Below are positions 38,836 to 49,774 of a stretch of 64,000 nucleotides of DNA, one piece after another. How positions within the stretch are numbered: the first letter of the stretch is position 1; each line of letters opens with the position of its first letter. The notes below the pieces were generated by a model. It saw only the letters and a program-made list of their open reading frames with translations, was not told the DNA's origin and did no database searches. Origin of the DNA: Octopus sinensis (lineage: Eukaryota). The stretch is taken from the NCBI RefSeq assembly GCF_006345805.1, contig NW_021825323.1, positions 1-64,000 on the forward strand. The letters run 5' to 3'. A program made the translations under genes and the position numbers.

Positions 38836-40274
38836 AACGATTTTATTAAGAGGAATATAATGCGTTTCAAAATATTCTACGACTGCACCAACAATTGGAA
38901 AGGATATTGCTGTGGAGACTCTCGGAACATGCGGAGAGCAAAAATATTCTAAAAAATGCGCAGTGGGGTTTCCGCAGAAATCGCTCTTGTGGGGACTGTC
39001 ATTATACGGTAAATTCGTTAATTATGAAGGCTCTGGATACCAAGGGATCTCTGACGATGGCCTGTCTTGAAATTTCGAAGGCATTCGACAGTGTATGGCA
39101 TTTTGGCCTTCTGAGACATCTGGCGAAGTGTCAGATAGATAGAGAACTGTTTCTATGGTTACATGACTTCCTCCGCGACAGACGATCAGTGGTAAGCTTA
39201 CTGAACGACGACTCGGATGAGCTAAAATTAAAAAGAGGTGTCCCCCAGGGATCAGTACTCAGTCCTCTGTTATTCAACATTGTAGTGAGTAATCTACCTT
39301 CTCCAAATGATGTACGGACGGAAATTCTAATATATGCTGATGATGTGATCATCCTCGATGTTTCACCGAAACCTGCCTTATCTGAACAACGAATGCTGTC
39401 ATATATGGAAGAGGTCGAACATTGGTGCAGAAATAACATGCTGGTTGTCGCACGTGAGAAGTCTGCCCTGTTGAGAATCACAGAAAGTAGAAATCTTAAA
39501 AATTCACCATGTCTGATTACTAACATACCACGACAACATTCAATAAAATACCTGGGATTGCAAATTGAAGAAAATGGTAAATACACTGAAAATGCGAAAA
39601 TTCGAAAAAAGAAAGCAACAAACTCAAGTTAAATCTGGAACCAGATACTTTCCTTTATGTTTTTAACACGGTGATCTTACCAGGACTTATATTTGGAAAA
39701 GAGGCATGGTACTTCTCTAGAAAGAGGAGTTCCATTATCGAGAAGTTTGAAAAAGCTCGGAGACTGGCGTTAAAAATCGCCTACTCCCAAAGCCTGGAAT
39801 GCCCGATTCCCCCATGGATCGAGGCTAAAACGCCCACGGTGGGGGAAATCGTTGAAAAAGGCATCAAAAACTACAAACTTTGGTCAACAGTCACTGGGAC
39901 TTACCTGCAAAGGTAATTCTATACTGAGATGTTGGGGTCCCTCTTTTCTTTTTGTTTCGCGGAAGAAGTCGGTAAGCAAGCCTTACCGTTTCATTAATTA
40001 TTACCCCACATACTATTCGTTGTTACCTAAATAAAGTTACCTACCTACCAATAAAGAAACCAATCTACTTGATGATTACTCCGAATGCATGAAGACATGC
40101 GCAAAAAAATTACGAACATCTTCTCAGATAGACAGGCATTGTGAAGGTTACCGACTTAACATCAGAGTTTAGCCGAACAAGTCTTTTTTGCTATAGACTA
40201 TACCTGGATATCTGCCAATAATCATTTTCTTGTTTGGTAAATTAATTTAAATCAAGTTTTTGAATACAGTGCAT

Positions 40275-40475
40275 TATCTCGCCGCCATATCTTTGCCCCG
40301 ATCGCAGTGGAGACGTCGGGACTCCTCGGTTCCAGAACTAAAAAATTCCTTATTAAACTGGGGGATCTGGCAAGCAGAAGGAGAAATGATCATCGGGAAC
40401 GGACATGGCTTTTCCAACGCATATCAATAGCCATCTTGCGTGGGATTTGCCATTCCATCTTCTCCTCTGCTACTA
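40275..40475 (+). mobile_element. CRE-like 3' fragment
   Basis: IFAPIAVETSGLLG...WLFQRISIAILRG. Confidence 0.85.
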
Positions 40476-40575
40476 ATTAAATACGTGTTCTAATTTAATT
40501 CGCTTCCTTAAAAAAAGTTTTTAAATATCAATAATTCGAGATATATTAAATGAGAAAAAAATCCAAATGATTCCA

Positions 40576-41888
40576 TTAAATTATAGTGAAACGATATAAG
40601 ACAGTTTTTGAAAGTATCCACGAATCTGAATTATCAAAAACCAACATATCTACAAAATATAAAAAAGCAGTCACATTTTGAAATTTCTGGCTCCATTTTG
40701 ATAACCAAGCATTGCGCGATATTAAAAAATTGATATTTATATGGAGGAAGAATAATATTCCCATTCTCAGCGACAAGAGAAAAAACAATTGAACTATTTG
40801 AAACCAAAAACTCGATTCTAATTTATGAACATATTTTGCGTCAAGTGATACTTGACAGACCATTCCACACCATCATTACTATTATAAATATTGACACACG
40901 CATTGTCTTTAGCGCCAACTTTAAGTTTGATCAAATCAGGAGTCTTTAGATATAATGACTGGGGGACCGGGATTCCCCAATCCGCCTAGAAATCAAAACA
41001 GCAAAGCCAACGGAAGAGAAAGAGTTTAACAAATCTTCATTCGATGCAAGGCGGCTACCCCCATAACGTTTTAGTAGTTGGTCATGGTCAATTAATTCTA
41101 GCAATTCTTTCTTTCCAGATCCTAGAAAAGTGAAAACTAGTTACTTACCGCTGATTATAGAAATTTTACTAGTAGTCCGATTATCCAGGAAAGGGTTTAT
41201 TAATTTAAATATTGCGGGAAAAATGGGAGGCACTACAAAACTATTAAATGAAATAAAACCGTTAATTAAAATTGACTTAAAAAGGCGTTCTGGATAGCAT
41301 AAAGTAAATACACTAATAGAAGCCTGCAACATTGTTATCGCTAGAAGATTTATTAAAGTACCTAAACCTGGACCTCGAATAAAATCAAGACTTATTCCTT
41401 TAAGGTCATTGATAACTGTAATTTGGTGAATATCCAGGCCAGTCTGACCCGAATCTCGTTCCATTTTAGCCAGGATTGAGTTCAGCAGTTTAATTTTACA
41501 TTTTATAAAATCGGCAATTGTAATTACATTAACAATCCCCCTCCAGTCCGTCATTGCAGTTTGTTCGTACCACACCGGTCGATGGTTTTTGTCATGTCCG
41601 CAAAAATATCCCCCGACATATTTAACGTACACTTCGGGACATGAGTAATCAGACATGTCTTCTGCCTGTAATGCCCTAAGCATATTCTTTCGCTGATCAT
41701 AAAAAATTAAATAATATAAAACAACATTCTTTATCATGTCCGCAGCTTGTTCAATGTTACAATTTCTAGCTAAAAAGTCTAAAAATGGGACCACCAATTA
41801 AAAATTTTCTTATAAATTGATCACTATCGTAAGGAGAAAGAATTCCATCTAATTTACTTCTCAATTCATTAATTTGGTGATCTTCCAT
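40576..41888 (-). CDS. SEC14-like lipid-binding protein (CRAL-TRIO + GOLD), multi-exon
   Basis: FIRKFLI-intron-ARNCNIEQAADMI, EVYVKYVGGYFCGHDKNHRPVWY, YPERLF, FKLINPFLDNRTTSKI, YGG, GOLD-like LVFDNSDSWILSKTVLY; resembles the SEC14L2-4 group. Confidence 0.88.
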
Positions 41889-42369
41889 AATACCTAAGTG
41901 AATTACAATTTATTTAAATTTCCATTTTAATTAAAAAATAATTATGATAAAAATTAAATAGCAAAAATATTTTCCAACTGAAGATTATTCCAAATGAGAA
42001 GATTATTTTTAAATAGAAAATATTATGGGGCAGGTAAGATGGGGAACCAAAAATTTTTTTTTTGTTACCAAAAAAATTGTTATTTTTAATAAACAATAAT
42101 TTTGTTCATTTAATTTTCATTAGAGAATCACGATTCGTTAAGTAAATTAATTAAAAATCAATATTTAGCTTTTAAAAAAAGTCACAATGATTTTGATTAA
42201 AAAAATTATTTCAAAAATTAAAAATTATAAAGATTTCGGTCGTTTTGAGGAAAAACTAGCAAAGAAGGAACACTTTTGCATCCGAAGTTTTTCAAAGATT
42301 TTTCAATTTGACGAAGAAAAAGGAGAATTTTAAGGTTTAGCATATTTCTATTTTTTTCTTCTTCTCTGG

Positions 42370-42590
42370 CTATGTAGACCTTCGATAAGATGCAGTCAAG
42401 CGCGTTTCACTGAGATGAAACTGGACTCTCAACCACACCAAGATACTTATTTTAAGACTTTGTTTGTATTCCAAGACTTTTACTAGATCACTACACATAG
42501 CGGTGTTAGTTGCCGCGTTGTTATAGTTTAGATCCAGTCCAACGGCTGTCATGAAACCTTGCCTTTCGAGTGGAAGATCTCTGAAGACTG
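42370..42590 (-). mobile_element. R4/Dong-like RT fragment
   Basis: GLDLNYNNAATNTAMCSDLVKVLE matches GLELNFSKSATNSQLCGDLVKVLE at ~23715-23790. Confidence 0.75.
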
Positions 42591-43287
42591 AACGAAAGTT
42601 AAATATTGTCTACTAGCTCGGCAGCTCGCTTCGCTCACCGCGACCTAGCTCCTGCGGAGGGCCTGTTTCATCAAACAACTATAAGTTTATGTAGATGTAT
42701 AAAACTACCTGGTTTAATGTAACCCTATTCTATCGCCTGTTGATAAACGATGTTTGTCGTCCGTCCTTCCTTGGCATATATGAATAAATTTTCTCTTCTG
42801 CCTACCCTCGAGCATCCCACATACAGCTGTCCATGTGAAAAGCACTCACTCTCTAAAAATAACCCAACTACCTTTAATGACTGTCCCTGGGCCTTGTTTA
42901 TTGTCATTGCACACTTTTTTTTCATTTTTTGTGGTTTATTTTTTTTTATATTTAATTTTTTCATTTTTCCTTTGTAATTTCCTTTTTTTTCTTTTTTGTT
43001 TTTTACTGGCGGAAATGGGGCAGGGGGAGATGCGGCAGGCGGAAATGCGGCAGGCAAGAAAGCGACACACAAAAAAGCGACACACAAAAAAGATTTAATT
43101 AATTACCTTATTAAGCTGACCGTTTTTTCTTCAGCTTCGTTTTTCCTCCTTCGGTTATCTATTTAAAAAATTATTTTTGAATAATAAAAAAGTTTAGGAA
43201 AAGAGGCATACCGAAAATAAATTCTATCTTTACGAAAAACTCAAGTAAATAGTTAATATTTTTACGCAAATTCTTCTGATTGCGCTG

Positions 43288-43490
43288 TCAATTGGTGGTA
43301 AATTGTGTTAATGGTTGTGCTAATGTGGTTTCAACTATCAAAGTGTTTTTCAAAATCTGTTAATTGCACACTCTATTCAAGGTCGTGCGTCAATTGGTGG
43401 TAAATTGTGTTAATGATTGTGCTAATGTGGTTTCAACTATCAAAGTGGTTTTTCAAAATCTGTTAATTGCACACTCTATTCAAAGTCGTG
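43288..43490. repeat. Two ~102-bp direct repeats within the Helitron
   Basis: tcaattggtggtaaattgtg...ctctattcaa(g/a)gtcgtgc twice. Confidence 0.85.
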
Positions 43491-43694
43491 CAATCTGTGA
43501 TTGCACATTCTGTCAAAGTCAAATATGATAATAGCTTTAATTTTGATTCATGGTCGATAATGATATATGCATTTAATTTTAAAGAGAAAAACATAGGATG
43601 AATTGAATTTCTTTATCGCGAATAATTGGGAGTTCATCATTGTTAATATTCTCGCTGTCGTTTTCATCAAGGATATTCTTAATACGTGAGATTT

Positions 43695-44980
43695 TTGCCT
43701 TGAAGGTTTTAATGGACCTCATCATGAATGTCGAGGACATTCGAGTTGTTCATTTTAATCAAAATGCAGAAAATAATTTTTTGATTTTTTGGGGGAAAGG
43801 TTTTAAGGACTTCATCATTTAAGTCGAGGACATTGTAGTTGTTCATTTTAACCAAAATGCAGAAAATTTTTTTTTAATTTTTTTGGGGGGGAAGGTTTTA
43901 AGGACTTCATCATGTAAGTTGAGGACATTGTAGTTGTTCATTTTAACCAAAATGCAGAAAATTTTTTTTTAATTTTTTTGGGGGGGAAGGTTTTAAGGAC
44001 TTCATCATGTAAGTCGAGGACATTGTAGTTGTTCATTTTAACCAAAATGCAGAAAATTTTTTTTTATTTTTTTGGGGGGGAAGGTTTTAAGGACTTCATC
44101 ATGTAAGTTGAGGACATTGTAGTTGTTCATTTTAACCAAAATGCAGAAAATTTTTTTTTAATTTTTTTTGGGGGGGAAGGTTTTAAGGACTTCATCATGT
44201 AAGTCGAGGACATTGTAGTTGTTCATTTTAACCAAAATGCAGAAAATTTTTTTTTAATTTTTTTGGGGGGGAAGGTTTTAAGGACTTCATCATGTAAGTC
44301 GAGGACATTGTAGTTGTTCATTTTAACCAAAATGCAGAAAATTTTTTTTTAATTTTTTTGGGGGGGAAGGTTTTAAGGACTTCATCATGTAAGTCGAGGA
44401 CATTGTAGTTGTTCATTTTAACCAAAATGCAGAGAAAATTTTTTTTTTTAATTTTTTGGGGGGGAAGGTTTTAAGGACTTCATCATGTAAGTCGAGGACA
44501 TTGTAGTTGTTCATTTTAACCAAAATGCAGAAAATTTTTTTTTAATTTTTTTGGGGGGGAAGGTTTTAAGGACTTCATCATGTAAGTCGAGGACATTGTA
44601 GTTGTTCATTTTAACCAAAATGCAGAAAATTTTTTTTTAATTTTTTTTGGGGGGGAAGGTTTTAAGGACTTCATCATGTAAGTCGAGGACATTGTAGTTG
44701 TTCATTTTAACCAAAATGCAGAAAATTTTTTTTTAATTTTTTTTGGGGGGGAAGGTTTTAAGGACTTCATCATGTAAGTCGAGGACATTGTAGTTGTTCA
44801 TTTTAACCAAAATGCAGAAAATTTTTTTTTAATTTTTTTTGGGGGGGAAGGTTTTAAGGACTTCATCATGTAAGTCGAGGACATTGTAGTTGTTCATTTT
44901 AACCAAAATGCAGAAAATTTTTTTTTAATTTTTTTGGGGGGGAAGGTTTTAAGGACCTCATCATGTAAGTCGAGGACATC
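43695..44980. repeat. ~13.5 copies of a ~95-bp minisatellite within the Helitron
   Basis: gaggac recurs at 43733, 43826, 43921, 44016, 44110, 44206, 44301, 44396, 44494, 44589, 44685, 44781, 44877, 44972; copies differ mostly in homopolymer length. Confidence 0.97.
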
Positions 44981-45061
44981 GTATTGCCAATTTGAAGTTG
45001 GTGTGCACACACAGACAGACAGACAGACAGACACACACCATACCATTTTATTATTAAGATT

Positions 45062-47400
45062 AAAATGAGATAATTGGTGCTAAAACACCCTCAATCATGC
45101 TCCATGGATATTTGTTCAAATTGTGGAGTGAGGACTCTACTCAAAGGTTCTAGGCAGAGGATAAACAGCAATAGGGCATGTTATCGTCCTGTAATGTGCT
45201 CCTCTCTAGCTATAATGGATTTTTTGTTGTGTAGATGAACATTTTAAATGTCCATCCCAATTGCAACAATTTTGATAAACAGCGAAACCTTCGCAAACAT
45301 TTAGCGAAGTAGGCATTGTCAACCAAGTCATATCTATTCTTCACAATCTTATCTTACGTGTCTATCATTTCGGTCTCATGCCAGGTATCCTTCTTCGTCT
45401 CTCTGTGCAATTTTATCTCTGATTCCATCTCTCGCTTTATTTTGGCCTTTATCCCAACTACAGTGCCTGACAAAAAAAATTGGATTTGTAATAAATCGAC
45501 TTTTTTTAAAAATAAATTATAATTTAATTTTCTTACATCATTCTTGGCAAAATTAGAATTATTTTTTTAATTTTTAAAATTATTTTTGGCTTTTAGAATT
45601 TAATTTTAAAGCAGAATTTAAAATTTGCCGGACAAAAAAAATTGGATTTTTTTATTTTAATGAAACAAATTAAAATTTAATAAGTTGATATCCCTCCACG
45701 TGCTTCATAAACTTCCAAAATTCTTTTTTTCATTGATATAACTAAATTTTCTAGGTATTTTTTCAGAATTTACTCCTATATCACAACTAATTTTGTCTCC
45801 AAATCTTTCAAGTTTTCGGCGGTTTTTGCAATAATTTTCTCTTCATCATTGCCCAAACATGCTCAATTAGATCAAGGTCAGGTGATTGAGACGGCCAATC
45901 AAGAATTTTATATTTTCTATCGCATATAAATTCTTTAACTTTTCGAAAACTGTGGCATGGAGCATTATCTTGTTAAAAAATATATGAGTTTAACCTCATT
46001 TTTAAAGTTGATTGCTCCAGATTATTTGACAAAATGTTTAAATAATAAGCACTGTTCATTTTTCCATTTATAATAACAAGATTACCGACGCCTTCATATG
46101 AGAAACATCCCCAAACCATTAACTTTCCTCCGCCATACTCAACAGTAGGTACGATATTGGACTTTTCATAGGCAGTACCGTTTTTTTTGCTGTTATAGAT
46201 CCTTATTTTGCTGATATAGACCTCAAAACATGATTCATCGAAGAACATGACTTTCTTCCATTCTTCGTCAGATAAGGCTAAAAACTTTTTCGCAATTAAC
46301 CATCTGGATTCGATGTTTTTTGATGTTAAAAGAGGTTTGTGTTTTGCAACTCGGGCATGTAATCCAAATGAATTTAGTATACGACCAATTGTTCTGGAAA
46401 ATACCTCCACATTAAATTGAGTTTTTGTTATCTCAGAAAGAGACGCAGCAGAAATTGAGGGTTCATCTCTTGAGATTAATTGTATTGTGTTTTTTTGATC
46501 TGAAGAGAATTTCGGTAAACGTTCAGATCCAATTTTTCGCGTAGTGGTGCTTTCTTTGGAAAATTTTCTTGTCACAAATCCCACGGTCGATCTGGGAATT
46601 TTCAGTATTTTAGATATCTCTTCAATTGTTTTTCCTGAAGAGTAATGTCCAATTATTACTCATTTTGTAAAATCAGATAAATGGATTTTTGAATTACGCT
46701 TCATTTATACGAGATCAGCTCAAAAACAAAAAAATCCAATTTTTTTTGTCGAGCAAATTTTAAATTCTGCTTTAAAATTAAATTCTAAAAGCCAACAATA
46801 ATTTTAAAAATTAAAAAAATAATTCTAATTTTACCAAGAATGATGTAAGAAAATTAAATTATAATTTATTTTTAAAAAAGTCGATTTATTACAAATCCAA
46901 TTTTTTTTGTCAGGCACTGTATCTTTGCGGAAATTTTTTCCCTCGACCTACTCTTTGACCTAGTAGAAATACGAAGAAATCTCGTCCATTGTCTCTGTAA
47001 CCTTAGCCTAAGGTATGGAACGATTGATGAAACTGAGAACGTCAATGCTAAGTTGCCCTCGGAGTATCTTTTGGTTCACTCTGAGATCTGCAAGAGAAAC
47101 ACGATTTGCAGAGATTAAATATCTCATTAATCTGCAAAAGTGTGATAATTCCAGCGATAGTGTTGTTCAGAGTACAGAGTTGATTATTAATAATATTAAC
47201 AAATTTATTGACTTAATTGGAAGCTTCGTTGCTTTCTAAAAAATACAAGTTGAATTTCGTAACAGTACAAATGAAACTCAAATAAAAACGAAATAATAAC
47301 TCAAAACACTAGATTACAATAGAGTTTCACACAAAAACTAAAAATTATATTCTCAAAAATTTATGTAACTGCGGCATTATCGGAATTATCAAAACAAAAG
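45062..47400 (-). mobile_element. Degenerate R4/Dong-like element split by a Tc1 insertion
   Basis: LFILCLEPLSRVL (cf. LFVLCLEPLSRL) left of the Tc1; an N-terminal-like region (KLPIKSIN, FRKD) right of it. Confidence 0.55.
45461..46919 (-). mobile_element. Tc1 transposon with ~190-bp IR/DR-type TIRs
   Basis: TA|CAGTGCCTGAC...GTCAGGCACTG|TA; direct repeat gacaaaaaaaattggattt at both ends of each TIR; FFDESCF, QDNAPCH, QSPDL; contains stops. Confidence 0.93.
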
Positions 47401-47999
47401 AAAATTTTTAGGCTAAATCTACTTGAGTAAAGACATTGGATATTATTTCCGTAGCAAATAAAAAAAATTCAATAACATTAAAAAATTTATAACAATAAAA
47501 AAATTAAATCTCAGTTGAGAGGCACATCTTCTTAAGTTGTTTAGGAGTATGCTGCATTACATTCATTGGATCACGAGACATCAACTTCAATAAATAGAAA
47601 ACAATACTTTATAATCGGAATTATGTTTATTCTGCAGTGATTTTAGAATTCCTGATTCAATTTTACTTAGTTTCATTTTTCTAATTTGAATTGGACGTTC
47701 CAGCTCCATTCTTTCGGGAATTTTAGGGAGAAGATATCCAGAAGCCTTTAATCTTATAACAACTATCTCTAATAAGTAATACTTGTTGTTTTTATTTCGT
47801 TTAACTGTTCTTTGAAATTTCCGTTTTCTATTAGTATCATAATTGAACTTAGTCCTTTTTTTTACGCCCATTAAAAAGTAGCCACAACAATTTATTAACA
47901 CGTTATTATAAATTATTTGTAAATTAAATCATATTGAAGTATATTTTAAAATTTTTTGATAAAATATTCCGAAAATAAACAATTTTTAAACTAATAGTA

Positions 48000-48420
48000 G
48001 ATACATCAATATTGACAGAAACCTAAGTTCAGTTCAATAAGCCAGATATCCTTATGTGCGACAAGCTGAAAAATGTGATTACCATATTTGAAGTGGCAAT
48101 TACATCGCAGGAGAGACTCAAACAAATCAAAGTGAAAAAATTACATAAATACGATCTTCTGGCTGGAAAACTAAAGATACTTTACGAGGCACCTTTGAAG
48201 ATTATTCTAATTGTGCTGACATGAGACGGCGTAATTTAAACATGTTACAAAGCCTATATAAAAAGATTATCCGTTCAAGCCCCGACGAGAACATACATTC
48301 AGGCACTTGTGATGAAGAAACTAAAACGCATTGTGGTGGAACATAAGCATGAAATTCATACCTTTAAAGACGAATTCATTACGGCAACCAGTCAGTTAGT
48401 TGAAATGACAAATATGTTTA
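48000..48420 (+). mobile_element. R4/Dong-like 3' (RLE) fragment
   Basis: NKPDIL...IFEVAIT...KLHKYDLLAG, homologous to 29600-29990; several stops. Confidence 0.8.
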
Positions 48421-48499
48421 TATATTAATTTTCCACGTTCATAAAAAATCTTTTCAGCATTTTTTTAATCCCATTTAATATTGAAATGAGTTATCACCA

Positions 48500-49260
48500 G
48501 ATTCATATCAAATGAAGTCTTTATAAATGTGATGACTCTGCTTTCAACCTTCTCATTCGTCGATATAGATTCTACAGAATGTGTTTTGAGCTATTTTTTA
48601 TTTTTGAGTCCCAGTTTTCGACACAAATAAAATTGGATGCATCTAATCTTTTCATCATGCCATAAATTTATCCCCATGTAGCATATTCTCACATCTAATG
48701 GCACAGTGGTCGAAGGTCTTCTTCCATCTCATACTGTGGAAACGCCTTGAGTTATTTTTTGCAAAGAATAAATTTCTATCTTGCACAAAACATATTAGCC
48801 TTTAGGCCGTGAGGAGTTTTTGCTTTTGGCTAGTCGATAACTAAAGTTTTAACATTCAAAAAATCCTTCTTAGCACTTTTGTTTAGGATAGAATAAAGGC
48901 ATTTTGAAAAAATCTGGTCAAGTAGGTACTTTTTCTGGACACCGACCACCAGTTTTTTGTCAAGTAAAACTGATTCTTTAAGTAGATATCAACCACTCTT
49001 CAATAGTGGCCAGGTGACTTTTTTCCCCTATACCACTGCAGTGTTTTAAATTTATAAGAAAACCAAGAAACATACTTTTACTTAGAAAAGAAATTGAACT
49101 CAATCCTCTGCCAAAATTGCTACGGGGAAAGTGTCCTTTGTTTCTTTGATAGGTGTATCTCGTATTCTATTAATTTTGCCCAGGTTGTATTGTCTATTTA
49201 TTTCATATTCAAATGAATCAATATCGACTATAAATAAATCTATTGTACGATTGGGATTCC
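48500..49260 (-). mobile_element. Highly degenerate R4/Dong-like fragment
   Basis: FPRSNFGRGL, SHLATIEEWL, FDHCAIRC, HDEKIRCIQFYLCRKLG across shifted frames. Confidence 0.6.
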
Positions 49261-49479
49261 ATTAATCTGACCTGCCGTATCCTAGACAATTGCTGACAAA
49301 CTTTTATCAAAGTCATGAAATTGCATTGTCAAAATTGATGAAAAAAGTGTCAAACTTGAACATTGCATTGTCAAAATTGATATAAAAACGTCAAACTTGA
49401 ACTGAAAATGGTATAGTCTAATTATTATTAACGCACTCATTGTAGGGCCATAATAATTATAGTCCCACCTGTGCAACAC

Positions 49480-49728
49480 CCAAAACAATCTTCTTAACGA
49501 GTCTCCTTCATTTTCCTCGGTTAAGCGCTGAATTGGCATAAATTGTTTCTTCGGTTCCACCTTTTTAATATGGTCTTAGATCTTGCAAGGCCGACTCCAA
49601 GTATATTACGAATAGCAATGGAGATAATGAGTCTCCCTGAGGCGTTTCTAGTGTCGTTTCAAAACTCATCGATTTGTGTCCTCTTATTCTTACTTCAAGT
49701 TTAGTGTTGGCAAGAAGCAATCTAATTA
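49480..49728 (-). mobile_element. RTE-like LINE A, downstream part
   Basis: IRLLLANTKLEVRI...TPQGDSLSPLLFVIYLE; joins in frame to the part at 56598-57330. Confidence 0.85.
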
Positions 49729-49774
49729 CAGTCAAACCTCTAAATCTCGCCATTTTTTGGGACCGACCAAAACC

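Larger units (their letters stand above)
31643..40060 (+). mobile_element. Jockey/I-group LINE (ORF1 with three zinc knuckles, ORF2 APE-RT), split by nested insertions
   Basis: ORF1 CFRCQKFGHISNYC / CLFCGGDHNMKFC / CINCGSNGH (31648-32473, resumes 34347-34543). APE: VNARSL, NETKL, LLGDLN, SDHLPI (34635-). RT start GYVPSS*K...KPGKP to 35940; RT resumes ~38850 (KAFDSVWH, GVPQGSVLSPLLFN, YADD, KYLG); tail ends near (tacc)n at ~40040. Confidence 0.85.
42613..45059 (-). mobile_element. Non-autonomous Helitron with internal tandem arrays
   Basis: 5' A|TCTTAATAATAAAATGG, 3' CTAG|T; AMTINKAQGQSL...FSHGQLYVGCSRV; (GACA)n near the 5' end. Confidence 0.9.

Noticed and set aside
40071-40100. Faint resemblance of the LINE 3' flank to the 28S sequence upstream of the junction
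   Set aside because: About 25 bp of partial match that does not extend; it relies on recalled sequence and could be chance.
43695-44980. Telomeric or G-quadruplex role for the 95-bp array
   Set aside because: One G-run per unit, 95 bp apart, no telomere-type repeat, and the array is internal to a Helitron.
47587-47901. 104-aa minus-strand ORF
   Set aside because: Low-complexity, Lys/Arg-rich; at most a decayed retroelement piece, with no supportable assignment.
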